A stretch of 64,000 nt of DNA from an uncultured delta proteobacterium. GTDB taxonomy: Bacteria > Myxococcota > B64-G9. Position numbers and translations under genes: made by a program. The stretch is taken from assembly GCA_963754925.1 (NCBI GenBank), contig CAVWHX010000003.1, positions 64,001 through 128,000 on the forward strand, read 5' to 3'. Numbering within the stretch: position 1 is the first letter of the stretch; each line of letters opens with the position of its first letter. Shown here piece by piece: positions 1-10,693 of the stretch. Under the pieces are notes generated by a model that was not told the origin of the DNA, did not search any database, and saw only the letters and a program-made list of their open reading frames with translations.

Positions 1-40
1 AGAAAACTTTCCCACGCGGGAAAAAAGTGAGGGATACCCC

Positions 41-1306
41 ATGGGCCACAACGGAAGCCGCCAACAGGAGTCGTCGCGTTTTTCAAGCAAGCTCCTCCCC
101 GAAGATCTGGCGATCGGGCGTCTCGGGGTCGTCATGGCTCGGGCGGGAGTCGGCAAAACAGCCTTCTTGGTTCGGCTCGGTCTTGAGGAGCTTCAAAACG
201 CTCACACCGTTTTGCACATCGCCTTGGGGCAACATCTCGACCAGGTGCGCTCGCGCTACGATTCGATGGTTGCCGACCTTTTTAACGATACGTCGTTTGA
301 ACAGCGCGAAATGATGAGAACCTCATTGAGGCACAATCGCGTCATAAAAACCTTCTCCGACCACCGGCTGACGCCGGCCCGGTTACGGGAGGTCATACAG
401 ACCTTCGAGCAGGCGATCGGGTTTAAGCCGACCTGCATTCTGGTGGACGGCTTCGACTGGGAAGGTCCGCCCGACGAAGTGGCGAGCATCTTATCGGAAT
501 TGAAGGATCTGGTGCGCGAACGGGCTAAGCTTTGGCTTACGGCTGTGACGTTCCAGGACAGCAGCTGCCAAGACGACCAGATACCGCCGCCCTGCGGACC
601 GGTTGCCGCTCATATTGACATGACCTTGTTGCTCAACCCTCAGGGCGAGCGCATGAGTGTTCGGTATTTGAACGGGCCGAGCTCAGGTCAACGATCACTG
701 GTTTTCGCAACCAGTACGCTTCGGCCGGTGGATGCGGCCGAGCGACCCTCACCCAGCGCCTATACGCTGCTTTCAGGCGGCGCCTACGGCAGCGAAGCCG
801 CATTTGGCACCTGGGCCGAACGTTATGGGGTGCAAGAGATCAATTTCTCATTTGAGGGCCACGAAATCGTCCGATCTCGTGGTATCGTCAAGCTTAATGA
901 GGCCGAACTCCACCAGGGAGATGTCTCTCTGGCCTATCTGGTTTTGCACATGCACCGTACATATCCGCGGACCCCGGAATTCCGCAAGGTGCTGCAATCG
1001 ATCTGGCACCAGGTGCAGTCCGCGGGAGAAGTTTTTGCCGTCGGCGTGATACAACAGGATTCGACCGTCCGCGGCGGCACCGGCTGGGCGGTAGAGCTCG
1101 CCCGACATTGGGATAAACCCATCTATGTCTTCGACCAGGACCGCGGAGCCTGGCACCACTGGCACACCAATGCTTGGGTGGCCGTGCCAACCCCGGTGAT
1201 TTCCCACACTCGGTTTACCGGCACCGGCACCCGCCAACCCAACGAGGCCGCCCAAAAGGCCATCCGCGAACTGTTTGAAGGAACGTTCGGCGCGCTGCCT
1301 GATTGA
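41..1306 (+). CDS. Two-domain protein: RecA/KaiC/DnaB-like P-loop ATPase fused to a SLOG-like (DprA/Mo-carrier-like) Rossmannoid domain
   Basis: 421 aa. Walker A-like ARAGVGKT and Walker B-like ILVDG in the N-terminal half. C-terminal half has LLSGGAYGSE and RGGTGWA, resembling SLOG signatures. Confidence 0.6.
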   Translation: MGHNGSRQQESSRFSSKLLPEDLAIGRLGVVMARAGVGKTAFLVRLGLEELQNAHTVLHIALGQHLDQVRSRYDSMVADLFNDTSFEQREMMRTSLRHNRVIKTFSDHRLTPARLREVIQTFEQAIGFKPTCILVDGFDWEGPPDEVASILSELKDLVRERAKLWLTAVTFQDSSCQDDQIPPPCGPVAAHIDMTLLLNPQGERMSVRYLNGPSSGQRSLVFATSTLRPVDAAERPSPSAYTLLSGGAYGSEAAFGTWAERYGVQEINFSFEGHEIVRSRGIVKLNEAELHQGDVSLAYLVLHMHRTYPRTPEFRKVLQSIWHQVQSAGEVFAVGVIQQDSTVRGGTGWAVELARHWDKPIYVFDQDRGAWHHWHTNAWVAVPTPVISHTRFTGTGTRQPNEAAQKAIRELFEGTFGALPD

Positions 1307-1318
1307 GCGTAACCGCGA

Positions 1319-2659
1319 TTAAAATTGCGCTCGTTCCGTCGAATCCTTCATCGCGCCGACGGAGCTCTTCCCACCGCTGACAGTTTCCATCACCCGATCA
1401 AAGTAGCCAACCCCGACGAATTTCTGATGGGTGATAGCCATGTACCCTTCTTCTTTTCCGTGTTTGAATTCTTCCTGTTGGAAACGGGAATAGGCTTTCA
1501 TGCCTTCCTTGCGGTAGCTGCTGGCGAGATCAAACATGCCCAAATTGAGAGCATGGAACCCCGCCAGGGTAACGAACTGGAATTTATAGCCCATGGCGCC
1601 CAGTTCCCGTTGAAAGGATTTGAGCGCAGCATCATCCATATTTGCTTTCCAGTTGAACGATGGAGAACAATTGTATGCTAAGGGCTTGTCGGGAAAGTGC
1701 TTGTGGATCCCTTCGGCAAATTGTTTGGCCTGTTGCATATCCGGGTCGTTCGTCTCGCACCAAATCATGTCGGCGTATGGCGCGTAAGCTAAACCGCGGG
1801 CGATAGCAGCCTCAACACCGGGTTTGACCCAATAAAAACCCTCTTCCGAACGTTTGGAGCCGATTATGAAGGGGCGATCGCGCTCATCGATATCGCTCGT
1901 GACCAATTTGGCAGCGTCGGCATCCGTGCGGCCGATCAGCACCGTGGGCACGCCGCAGATATCGGCGGCAAGTCGAGCGGATATCAACTTGACGATAAAT
2001 TCACTGGTAGGTACGAGGACCTTACCCCCCAGGTGGCCACATTTTTTTGCGGAAGCCAATTGATCTTCGAAATGGACACCGGCCGCCCCGGCCTCGATCA
2101 TCGATTTCATTATTTCAAAAGCGTTCAACGGTCCGCCGAAACCGGCCTCGGCGTCGGCGACGACCGGCGCAAACCAGTACGGTCCGCTTTCCCGGCAATC
2201 CAAAACCTGGATCTGATCCGCGCGCTGCAGCGCGTTGTTGATGCGCCGTACCACGTTAGGAACACTATCGGCTGGATACAAGCTCTGATCCGGATACATC
2301 TGTCCGGCTGTGTTGTTGTCGGCCGCCACTTGCCATCCGCTCACATAAATGGCTTTCAACCCCGCTTCGACCTGCTGCACGGCCTGGTTTCCGGTCAATG
2401 CTCCAAGCGCGGGAACGTAGTCCTCAGAGTGAATGAGACGCCACAAGCGTTTGGCGCCCGCATCCGCAAACGTGTGCTCCACCTGTAACGTGCCCCTCAA
2501 ATTCAGGACATCGCTTGCCGTGTACGGCCGCTGTATTCCTTTCCAGCGCGGATCGGTTTTCCAGCTCTGCTCCAGATCCTTGATCTCTCCGTTGTCGATA
2601 TGATGGCATGAGATGCGCTTTTCGAGCTCGATTGCCTTTTCCTCTATATTTTTGTTCAT
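1319..2659 (-). CDS. aceA: Isocitrate lyase
   Basis: Catalytic KKCGH motif, [16 protein letters not shown] and [10 protein letters not shown]; directly downstream of malate synthase. Confidence 0.98.
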   Translation of the reverse strand: MNKNIEEKAIELEKRISCHHIDNGEIKDLEQSWKTDPRWKGIQRPYTASDVLNLRGTLQVEHTFADAGAKRLWRLIHSEDYVPALGALTGNQAVQQVEAGLKAIYVSGWQVAADNNTAGQMYPDQSLYPADSVPNVVRRINNALQRADQIQVLDCRESGPYWFAPVVADAEAGFGGPLNAFEIMKSMIEAGAAGVHFEDQLASAKKCGHLGGKVLVPTSEFIVKLISARLAADICGVPTVLIGRTDADAAKLVTSDIDERDRPFIIGSKRSEEGFYWVKPGVEAAIARGLAYAPYADMIWCETNDPDMQQAKQFAEGIHKHFPDKPLAYNCSPSFNWKANMDDAALKSFQRELGAMGYKFQFVTLAGFHALNLGMFDLASSYRKEGMKAYSRFQQEEFKHGKEEGYMAITHQKFVGVGYFDRVMETVSGGKSSVGAMKDSTERAQF

Positions 2660-2726
2660 AGCGTTACCTCTCTCCTTGAATAGTTGCTATCATGACCGTA
2701 TTGCGAAACTATACCCGATACAGCTC

Positions 2727-4325
2727 TTAATCCAACTGATCGTACGCCTTCAACGTCAAAAACTCTTCCAGTTCATCGTTGATGATGATTTCGCCCAACA
2801 AGCGGGCCGCGTTTTCGTAATTACCGCCTTCAAACTGCCTGGCGCCGACTGCGTTCCTGATTTTTTCCAGTTCCTCTTCTTCAACCCGACGGAAAAGCTC
2901 AACGGTGACCTTGCAACCGTCGTCCAACACGCCCTTGGGATGGTGCACCCACTGCCACAACTGCGTGCGTGAGATTTCGGCCGTGGCGGCGTCTTCCATC
3001 AGATGATTGATGGGAACGCAACCGGTTCCGGAGAGCCAGGAGGCCATATATTGAATGGCGACGCTGACATTGTTGCGCAGGCCGCCTTCCGTAATGGTTC
3101 CCCCGGGTAGTTCCAGCAAGTCTTTCGCCGTGACGCGTACGTCCTCGCGTAACCGGTGTATCTGGTTGGGCGTCGGCATGAGTCGGTCAAACTCGGCCTT
3201 GGCCACGGCCACCAACCCAGGATGGGCCACCCATGTGCCGTCATGGCCGTCATGTGCCTCGCGGATTTTATCGTCGCGGACTTTCTGTAGGGCCAGCTCA
3301 TTCGCCTGGAGGTCGTCCTTGATGGGGATCTGCGCGGCCATGCCGCCGATGGCGTGCACCCCCCGACGATGGCAGGTCTTGATGACCAATTGTGCGTAGG
3401 AGCGCATACAGGGCCGGGTCATGGTTATCTGAGCGCGATCGGGAAAAATGTATTCCGGCACGTTTTTGAAGCGCTTAATAAAGCTAAAAATATAATCCCA
3501 GCGGCCGCAGTTTAACCCGGCCATGTGATCCCTGAGCTCGTAGATGATCTCGTCGATTTCAAAGGACGCCAGGATGGTTTCGATCAACACTGTTGCCTTG
3601 ATACTGCCGCGGGGAATATCAAGCAGCTTCTCCGCCCGCACGAATATATCGTTCCAGAGGCGCGCCTCGGTGTGGCTTTCGAGTTTGGGCAGATAAAAGT
3701 AAGGACCGCTTCCCTGCTTGATGAGATTTTTCGCGTTATGAAAGAAAAAAAGCCCGAAATCGAAGATGGCGCCCGCAACCGGCCTGCCGTCCACCTCGAG
3801 GTGTTTTTCGAGTAAATGCCATCCGCGCGGACGCACAATCAGCGTCGCCCGATTCTTTTCCAGGCGATACTCTTTTCCTTCCGGCGAAACAAATTGGATG
3901 GTTCCGTTGACGGCGTCCCTAAGATTTATTTGGCCGTCAATATTGTTGTCCCAGGTTGGGGTATGGGAGTCCTCAAAATCGGCCATGTAGGTCTTAGACC
4001 CGGAATTCAAGGCATTGATCACCATTTTGCGATCCACCGGGCCGGTAATTTCCACTCGCCGGTCCTGCAAGTCAGCCGGAATCGGCGCCGCTTTCCATTC
4101 GCTTTCCCGAATTTCTCTTGTCTCTTCCAGAAAATCCGGAAATTTCCCGTCGTCAATGGCAGCCTGCACCTCCAGTCTCCGCTTCAAGAGGCCTTGACGG
4201 CGATCTTCAAACTCCCGCGCGAGGGAGGCGACAAACGACAGCGCTTTGGGGGTGAGTATGGTTTTGAATGAGTCAGTCAAAGGCGCTGTTATCGTTATGC
4301 CGTTGTCCTGTCTCTCTGGGCTCAT
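2727..4325 (-). CDS. aceB: Malate synthase A
   Basis: 532 aa with RRVEITGP, VRPRGWHL, GLNCGRWDYIFS and LMEDAATAEISR. Confidence 0.97.
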   Translation of the reverse strand: MSPERQDNGITITAPLTDSFKTILTPKALSFVASLAREFEDRRQGLLKRRLEVQAAIDDGKFPDFLEETREIRESEWKAAPIPADLQDRRVEITGPVDRKMVINALNSGSKTYMADFEDSHTPTWDNNIDGQINLRDAVNGTIQFVSPEGKEYRLEKNRATLIVRPRGWHLLEKHLEVDGRPVAGAIFDFGLFFFHNAKNLIKQGSGPYFYLPKLESHTEARLWNDIFVRAEKLLDIPRGSIKATVLIETILASFEIDEIIYELRDHMAGLNCGRWDYIFSFIKRFKNVPEYIFPDRAQITMTRPCMRSYAQLVIKTCHRRGVHAIGGMAAQIPIKDDLQANELALQKVRDDKIREAHDGHDGTWVAHPGLVAVAKAEFDRLMPTPNQIHRLREDVRVTAKDLLELPGGTITEGGLRNNVSVAIQYMASWLSGTGCVPINHLMEDAATAEISRTQLWQWVHHPKGVLDDGCKVTVELFRRVEEEELEKIRNAVGARQFEGGNYENAARLLGEIIINDELEEFLTLKAYDQLD

Positions 4326-4342
4326 GGGTTACTCCTCGCGAA

Positions 4343-5657
4343 CTACGCAGGCGGCGATTTACCGCTTCCCCTGGCAGCCTCGCATACCGCTTGGGCAACA
4401 GCAAAGTGTACCCTGCGGTCGAGTGGTTGCGGCACGAGCTCGCCGGCGGGCGCCGCGTTGGAAATGGCTCGGGCCGCGGCGAACAGCATGTCGTCGGTAA
4501 AGGCCTTCGCCCCCGCATCCAGGACTCCCCGGAAGAGTCCCGGAAAACCAAGTACGTTGTTGATACTCTTGCCGTCGGCCGCGAAGACGGCGCCGCGTTG
4601 AATGGCATCCACTGGTTCGATTTCGGGATCGGGATTCGACAAGGCGAGAATAAGCTGGCCTTTCCGCACCATGTCCGGCTTGATCAGGCCCGGTCGGCCG
4701 GTCGTGGCGATAATCACATCGGCTTTTTTCATGATGCTTTCCAGATCGCTGCGTTCGCCGCCCAGCGATTCCAATCGGTCAATGGCCTTCTGGTTGATAT
4801 CGACACCCAAAAGCTTCCGCACGCCATAGGCCAGAAGCAGCCGGGCGATGCCGATGCCCGCTGCGCCCAAGCCGATCTGACCGACAATGCTTTCACGTAT
4901 ATCGAGACCCAAACGGCTCACGGCGCTTTCCAGCGCGGCAAGGGTAACCACAGCCGTGCCATGTTGATCGTCATGGAGCACCGGCTGGTTGAGCCGGCGG
5001 CGCAACCCCTCCTCGACTTCAAAGCAGGCCGGCGCGGCGATGTCCTCCAGTTGGATAGCGCCGAACGACGGCGCGATGGCGGCGATAACCTCAATCAGGC
5101 GTTGCGGGTCCTTTTCCTTTATCAGAATCGGAATACCGGACAGATCGCTCAACTTGGCCATGAGGGCGGCTTTGCCTTCCATGACCGGCAAGCCGGCCAC
5201 CGGGCCAATATCGCCAAGCCCCAAAATCGCCGTGCCGTTGGTGATGATGGCCACGGTGCGATCGATATTGGTGTAGCGCCGAACGAGTGTCGGGTCGTCC
5301 TGAATCGCCAGGCATACTCTCGCCACGCCGGGAGTGTAAATGTCGCGCAGCTCCTGCAATGAAGCCGACGGGCGCGCGCGACACCATTTGGATCTTGCCG
5401 CCGATATGCCGGTTAAACACGCGGTCTGATTTACCCAGCACGCTCGCGTTGGGTAGTGCCTTAATATGCTCGAACAGGTTGTGTTCGTCGGCGGCATCCA
5501 GATCCAGGGCAATCTCCCAAACCGTTCGTTCCTCGTTGCGGCGTATGGCATTCAAATCTTCGATCACCAGACCGCAGTCTCCGATTACCGTCAGCACCCT
5601 CGCCAGGCTGCCGGGTTGATGAAGCGTCTCGATTAACAGGATCTCGGGGATTTTCAT
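4343..5657 (-). CDS. NAD(P)-dependent malic enzyme with N-terminal ACT domain (one apparent +1 indel near 5367)
   Basis: ORF 5091-5657 gives the ACT start (HQPGSLARVL...HIGGKIQM). ORF 4343-5551 gives YTPGVA, TNGTAILGLG, PVMEGKA, HDDQHGTA, GLGAAG and LSNPDPEI. The frames join at gtcggcttca. Confidence 0.88.
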
Positions 5658-5819
5658 GTTGTTCCGTTCCGGGCCTTTTTAATTACCGGTTGCCATACCA
5701 GGACGGCCCTCACCTTGTTTCATCCACGACCGAGTGAAGCGCACGCACGGTTGGAACACTACGCAGTCGTTCTTACTCGGTTTTCTCGGTGTAGGAAAAC
5801 CAACCTGATACTGAGATAA

Positions 5820-5847
5820 AATTTAATTTCGCCATGCCCTTTGTCAA
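5820..5847 (-). promoter_or_regulatory. Putative sigma70 promoter for mae-aceB-aceA
   Basis: Minus-strand TTGACA (5847-5842), 16 nt spacer, TAAATT (5825-5820). An AT-rich palindrome AACTATTA-N6-TAATAGTT lies at 5859-5880. Confidence 0.5.
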
Positions 5848-5902
5848 TCCAGCGTTCTAACTATTAATACTATAATAGTTTTAATGGCGAAGTTGGATCC
5901 TA

Positions 5903-7046
5903 TCATGGTCTCTGATCGATCAGCACATACGACCTCGCATCGGGACCGTGGTAGAGACTCTCCGGCCGGTAGAGACGGTTATCCGTGCGCTGTTCCAGGA
6001 TATGAGCAAGCCATCCCGCTACCCTGCCGATCGCGAAGATGGGGGTAAACAAATAGGTCGGAATGCCGAGAAGCTTGAACACCGAGCCGGAGAAAAAATC
6101 GACGTTGGGACTCACCGGATCATCCCGCGATCCCAAAACTACTCCTGCTGCGGACTCCAGTTTTTTTAAAATGTTGAGATCGCTAAAATCATTCTTTTTC
6201 TCGGAGAGATCCTTCAAAAATCCTTCTATAATAATGGCGCGGGGATCTTTTGTTTTGTATACCCGATGGCCATAGCCCATGACCTTCTGCTTTTTTTCCA
6301 TGGTTTTTGCAAACCAGGCGTCAACATTGTTAACAGTTCCGATCTCAGCCAGCATCTTCAAAACCGCTTCATTGGCCCCGCCATGGAGAGAACCGGACAG
6401 CGCCCCGATGGCGGACGCAATGCTGCTGTAACAGGTCGCGATGGTCGAAGCGACCACCCGCGCGGTGAAGGTGGAGGCGTTGAAGCCGTGTTCCGCATGC
6501 AGGAGCAAGCAGACGTCCATGATTCTATCCTCATCTTCATCGGGTTTTTTCCCGCGCATCATATAAAGAAAATTTCCGCCGTGTGATAAGGTGAGATCCG
6601 GCTTAACATATCCCTTCCCTTCTTTGAATCTTTGGTAGGTGGCCACGACGCTGGCAAGTTGAACGACCTGGTGCAAGGTGGTGCGGCAATCGCACAATGC
6701 GGAGTGGTGGATCTTGTGTTGGACATAGCCGCTCAGGTAGGAGACAACCGCCTGCATGAGCTCCATGGGCTTTCCCTCAGGCGGAAAATTCTTTATCATC
6801 TCCAGAATTGAGGATCGAGATCCCTGCTCCTACGCATCAACGCTTGAAACTCCGTAAGCTCGGTCCTGGAAGGTAATGCTCATTCAATAACAAATAGGTT
6901 ACCTCTTCAAAGGAAGAGTAACGCGCCAGGTCCTCAATCGAGTATCCCCGGTAATATAGTTTTCCTGCATTACCGTCGATCTTGCAGATAGCGCTGGAAG
7001 CGGCCATAACCCCTTCCAGTCCTTTTGAAAAAGTCACGTTTCCCAT
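5903..7046 (-). CDS. gltA: Citrate synthase (two apparent single-base deletions near 6876 and 6808)
   Basis: N-terminus SKGLEGV...[11 protein letters not shown]; core [26 protein letters not shown] and PNVDF. Adding one T and one A restores a continuous frame. RBS GGAGG upstream. Confidence 0.9.
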
Positions 7047-7129
7047 GTGTCATGTCCTCCTAACCGCTTAATTGCATATATCAGAAAATCAAAGAACCGG
7101 TCTATGTCGGCGGCAGTGACTTCTTCACG

Positions 7130-9047
7130 TCACCCCTGTCGTGCCAAATTCAGCATGCCACCCGCCAGCAGGATCTTACGCTGGCGGTCGGAAACGTCGA
7201 GCACGGTCGGTATTCGCCTTCCTCCGACCTCGACGAAAATCTCGGTTGCGCCCTGCTCGATGAGTTTTCTGATGTCCGGGATACGCGCCCGGTCCCCCGG
7301 TGCGACGGCATCGTAATCGCTTTTGTCCTTAAAGATGAGGGGGACTATCCCAAAGTTAATGAGATTGGACTTGTGAATTCTCGCGATGCTCTTGACTATC
7401 TTGGCTCGTACGCCCAGATAACGGGGCGCGAGCGCCGCGTGTTCCCGGGACGAACCCTGTCCGTAGTTTTCCCCGCCGATAACCACCCCGCCACCTTTCT
7501 CCTTCGCTCGTTTAGCAAAATTCTCGTCGACAACGGAGAAAACGAATTCACTGATGGCCGGAATGTTGCTCCGAAACGGCAATACCCGGTTTCCCGCGGG
7601 CATGATGATGTCGGTGCTGATATTATCGCCGAGTTTGAGAAGCACTTCTCCTTCGATATGCGCGTCCAAAGCGCCAAACTGCGGGAACGGCTTTATGTTT
7701 GGACCTTTTACAATCTCCACCGTGTCGGGGTCATCGGCCGGCTTCAAAAACCACGCTTTCTGGTAGACGTATTTCTTGGGATAGGCGACGACCGGATATT
7801 TTTTCATGCTCCGGGGATGCGTGATCTTTCCGGTCAAGGCGGAGGCCGCCGCGGTTTCGGGCGAACAAAGATACACCGCATCGTCCTTCGTTCCACTGCG
7901 CCCTTTGAAATTCCGAGGAAACGTGCGAAGTGAGTTGGTTCCCGACGCTGGTGCTTGTCCCATACCGATGCAGCCTAAGCACCCGGGTTCATGAATGCGG
8001 GCCCCGGCTTCGAGCAACAGTTTCATGCCTCCTGACGTCAGCACATTGTCGAGCGTCTCGCGGCTTCCCGGGTTAATTTCAAAGCTCACCTGGGGGTGCT
8101 TCATCTTGCCGTTAACCATCTTTGCGGCGATCATGAAATCCCTGAAATCCCCATTACAGGAAGAGCCGATGATCACCTGATGCACCTCGACTCCGCCGAG
8201 CTCCCGGGCAGGCTTCACGTTGTCCGGATTGCTGGGACACGCCACCATCGGTTCTATTTCGTTTAAGGCTATATCGGTTACTTCATCATGCTCGGCTTTT
8301 CGATCCGCAGCCAATGGCCTGAAATCTTTGGAACGGTCAACTCTCTTGAGATAATCCTGGGTGATCTCATCTGACGGGAATATGCAAGCGGTAAATCCCA
8401 TGTCCACCGCCATGTTGGCTATGGTGGCCCGGGCGGCCATATCCATATTTTTTACGCCCGGTCCGTGAAATTCCATTATCTTCCCGATGCCTGACTTCGC
8501 GGTATAATCTCCCAAGAGTTTTAGAATCAGGTCCTTGCCGGAGACAAACGGTTTAAATGTCCCTTCACCCGGATTCCCCAGATCCGAGGCGTGTTGATGT
8601 AATAGGGCTTTCCCGCCATGGCCAGGGCGACCTCGATGCCCCCTGATCCCATGGCCAGCATTCCCAACACCCGCCCGTCGTGGTATGGCTGTCTGACCCG
8701 AGGAGCGTCTTCCCCGGAACGCCGAAACGCTGGCGGTGCACGTGATGCGAAACGCCGTTGCCGGCCGGAGACAGCAATACCCCGTATTTGGACGCGGAGG
8801 ATTGCAGAAAGCGATGGTCATCGGCGTTGCGGTAATCGGTCTGAATTATATTGTGATCGATATAGCTTAGCGCTAGCTCGATGTTTACCCGCTTCAGGTT
8901 GAGTGACTCAAACTCCAGATACACCATAGTGCCCGTGGCATCTTGCGTCAGAGATTGATCGATCCGAATGCCGATTTCTTTCCCTGGGACAAGCTCTCCT
9001 TCAACTAAGTGTTCTTTCAGTATTTTCTCGGCGATAGTACCTTTCAT
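7130..9047 (-). CDS. Aconitate hydratase, short (~640 aa) type (two apparent deletions in G runs near 8675 and 8561)
   Basis: TQDATGT, GSDSHT, GSSCNG, GCLGCIG (Fe-S ligands), RNFKGRSG, ISTD and NYGQGSSREHAA, spread across ORFs 8565-9047 and 7130-8821. Confidence 0.9.
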
Positions 9048-9358
9048 TTATTCCTCCGTTCAAAAAGACAAAACACCTGCCGTGATAATTTGCACCCTCG
9101 CCCCGCTTCAAACTATCACCTCCGACTCAAGCACGCCACCTGCCTTGCTTTCGCTAAAGATATTCATTAGTAGGTCTCCCGGCAAGGGCAGCGGGCAGGT
9201 AATATTAAGGAAATTTCTTTGCGACTTCGAGCGATGAAGCTACTATCTTTAAAACTGTAGCCGGAACAAAAAGTTAAGACTTATTAAGCGTTATCCTCGA
9301 AGGTGATAAAAACTGTAATTATATTTCTTCTGATATCTTTTATTTATTAGTTTTTTGG

Positions 9359-10123
9359 TTATTTCAATTTGCTCAAGTCTACGCTGTTTATAAGCTTCTG
9401 AAGTTCCAAGTCGTTAGCCAGCTCATTGATGCGGGGGTTGGCGAGCAGCGCAGCGATATCCCGGGTCTCAGAGGCCCTGATGATGGCGGGATCGTCTAGC
9501 AGCGCCTTGATTTTGGGGTGTTTTATGAGCGCCTGTATCTGTGGATCGTTGGCCACCTTTTCAGCCGCCTTGGGATCGGTTGCAAGCTTGGTCAAGGTCG
9601 TTATATCGCCGACTATCGGAAGGTGAAAACGCGCCAGTAGGTTGTGTTTGTTAATCAGAGCAAATATTTTTGAATCATCAAGCGCGAGTTTCTCGAGTAC
9701 ACTTTTTTTGGACAACCGCTCGAGCGGCTCTCGGGCGAGCGCCACGGCACTGAGCAACACACCCAGAATAAAGACCATTTTTATTCCGCCGAGCAGAGCT
9801 CCTCCCCATGAATTCCATCGTGATCGTTTCTCACCAGTGGCGGCGCGGAGTCGACGGGCCGCCCGCACCATCGCCCACGCGGCCGTCGCAAGTATCATGT
9901 ACAGAACGAGAAATGCAACCGCCGGGGCTATTATGGATCCCACTAACGGCGGTATCTTGAGGTTCAGGAAGAGCCAGGTGCCGGCCGGTCGAGCAACCAG
10001 CCCGGCAAGAAAATACGCGCCAACCAGCGCCCCCAAACGAAGGACCTGCGCCCAAAAGCCCGAATAAAAGCCAATGGCCATCCATAGTATAACGCAACTA
10101 ATCAGGAGTAGATCTAAGGTCAT
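9359..10123 (-). CDS. CvpA-family membrane protein with C-terminal helical DP-repeat region
   Basis: Four hydrophobic segments; the DLLL..GFYSGF start and WGGALLGGIK are typical of CvpA. The C-terminus is rich in DP/NP repeats. Confidence 0.7.
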   Translation of the reverse strand: MTLDLLLISCVILWMAIGFYSGFWAQVLRLGALVGAYFLAGLVARPAGTWLFLNLKIPPLVGSIIAPAVAFLVLYMILATAAWAMVRAARRLRAATGEKRSRWNSWGGALLGGIKMVFILGVLLSAVALAREPLERLSKKSVLEKLALDDSKIFALINKHNLLARFHLPIVGDITTLTKLATDPKAAEKVANDPQIQALIKHPKIKALLDDPAIIRASETRDIAALLANPRINELANDLELQKLINSVDLSKLK

Positions 10124-10152
10124 CGGGAATCCTTTTCAGACGCTCGATTGAG

Positions 10153-10689
10153 CTATTTGATCGTGTAGTCGGTCTTGATCTGAGCGCTGGCCTCCTGCGC
10201 CATGCGACGGTAGAGCTCGTTGTCCGGCTCGTAGGCGAGAGCCGTCTTGAAGGAGCGCGCCGCGGCATTGAAGTTATTGCGCTTGAGTTCTATCATTCCC
10301 TGACGGTAGTTGCGCCGTCCCGCCTCGGTCTTGCCAACTTCTTCGGACTTAGCTTGCTTGTGGGCCTGGGCCGATTGCTCGGTATAACGCAGGATTCGAT
10401 GCTGCGATTGCTGAAGCTGCTGGTCGTAGAATTGACGCTTTTGCGCATCGCGGAGAACCACATACGCTTCGGCCACACGCTTGGAGATGGTATAGACGTT
10501 ATCCTTAAATAGGCTGTCGGGAAGGTGAAAATAGCGGTCAGGGTGAAACTTACGGGACTGCATATGATAGGCCTGTCGAATCTCGCCGGTCGAAGCGCGA
10601 GGGTCTATCTGAAGAATCTGGTAATAGTCTAACCGATCGATCTGGTTGACCAAATGTTCCGCTTCAGCCGAAAAGTTACTTGTCGCCAT
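10153..10689 (-). CDS. J-domain (DnaJ) protein with C-terminal TPR-like helix pair
   Basis: DYYQILQI and KFHPDR (HPD motif); C-terminal AARSFKTALAYEPDN is TPR-like. Confidence 0.88.
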   Translation of the reverse strand: MATSNFSAEAEHLVNQIDRLDYYQILQIDPRASTGEIRQAYHMQSRKFHPDRYFHLPDSLFKDNVYTISKRVAEAYVVLRDAQKRQFYDQQLQQSQHRILRYTEQSAQAHKQAKSEEVGKTEAGRRNYRQGMIELKRNNFNAAARSFKTALAYEPDNELYRRMAQEASAQIKTDYTIK

Positions 10690-10693
10690 GTTC

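Noticed and set aside
4268..5362. 364-aa plus-strand ORF
   Set aside because: Antisense to the malic enzyme, with no recognisable motifs; typical high-GC shadow ORF. The same applies to 25087-25824 and 42328-43146.
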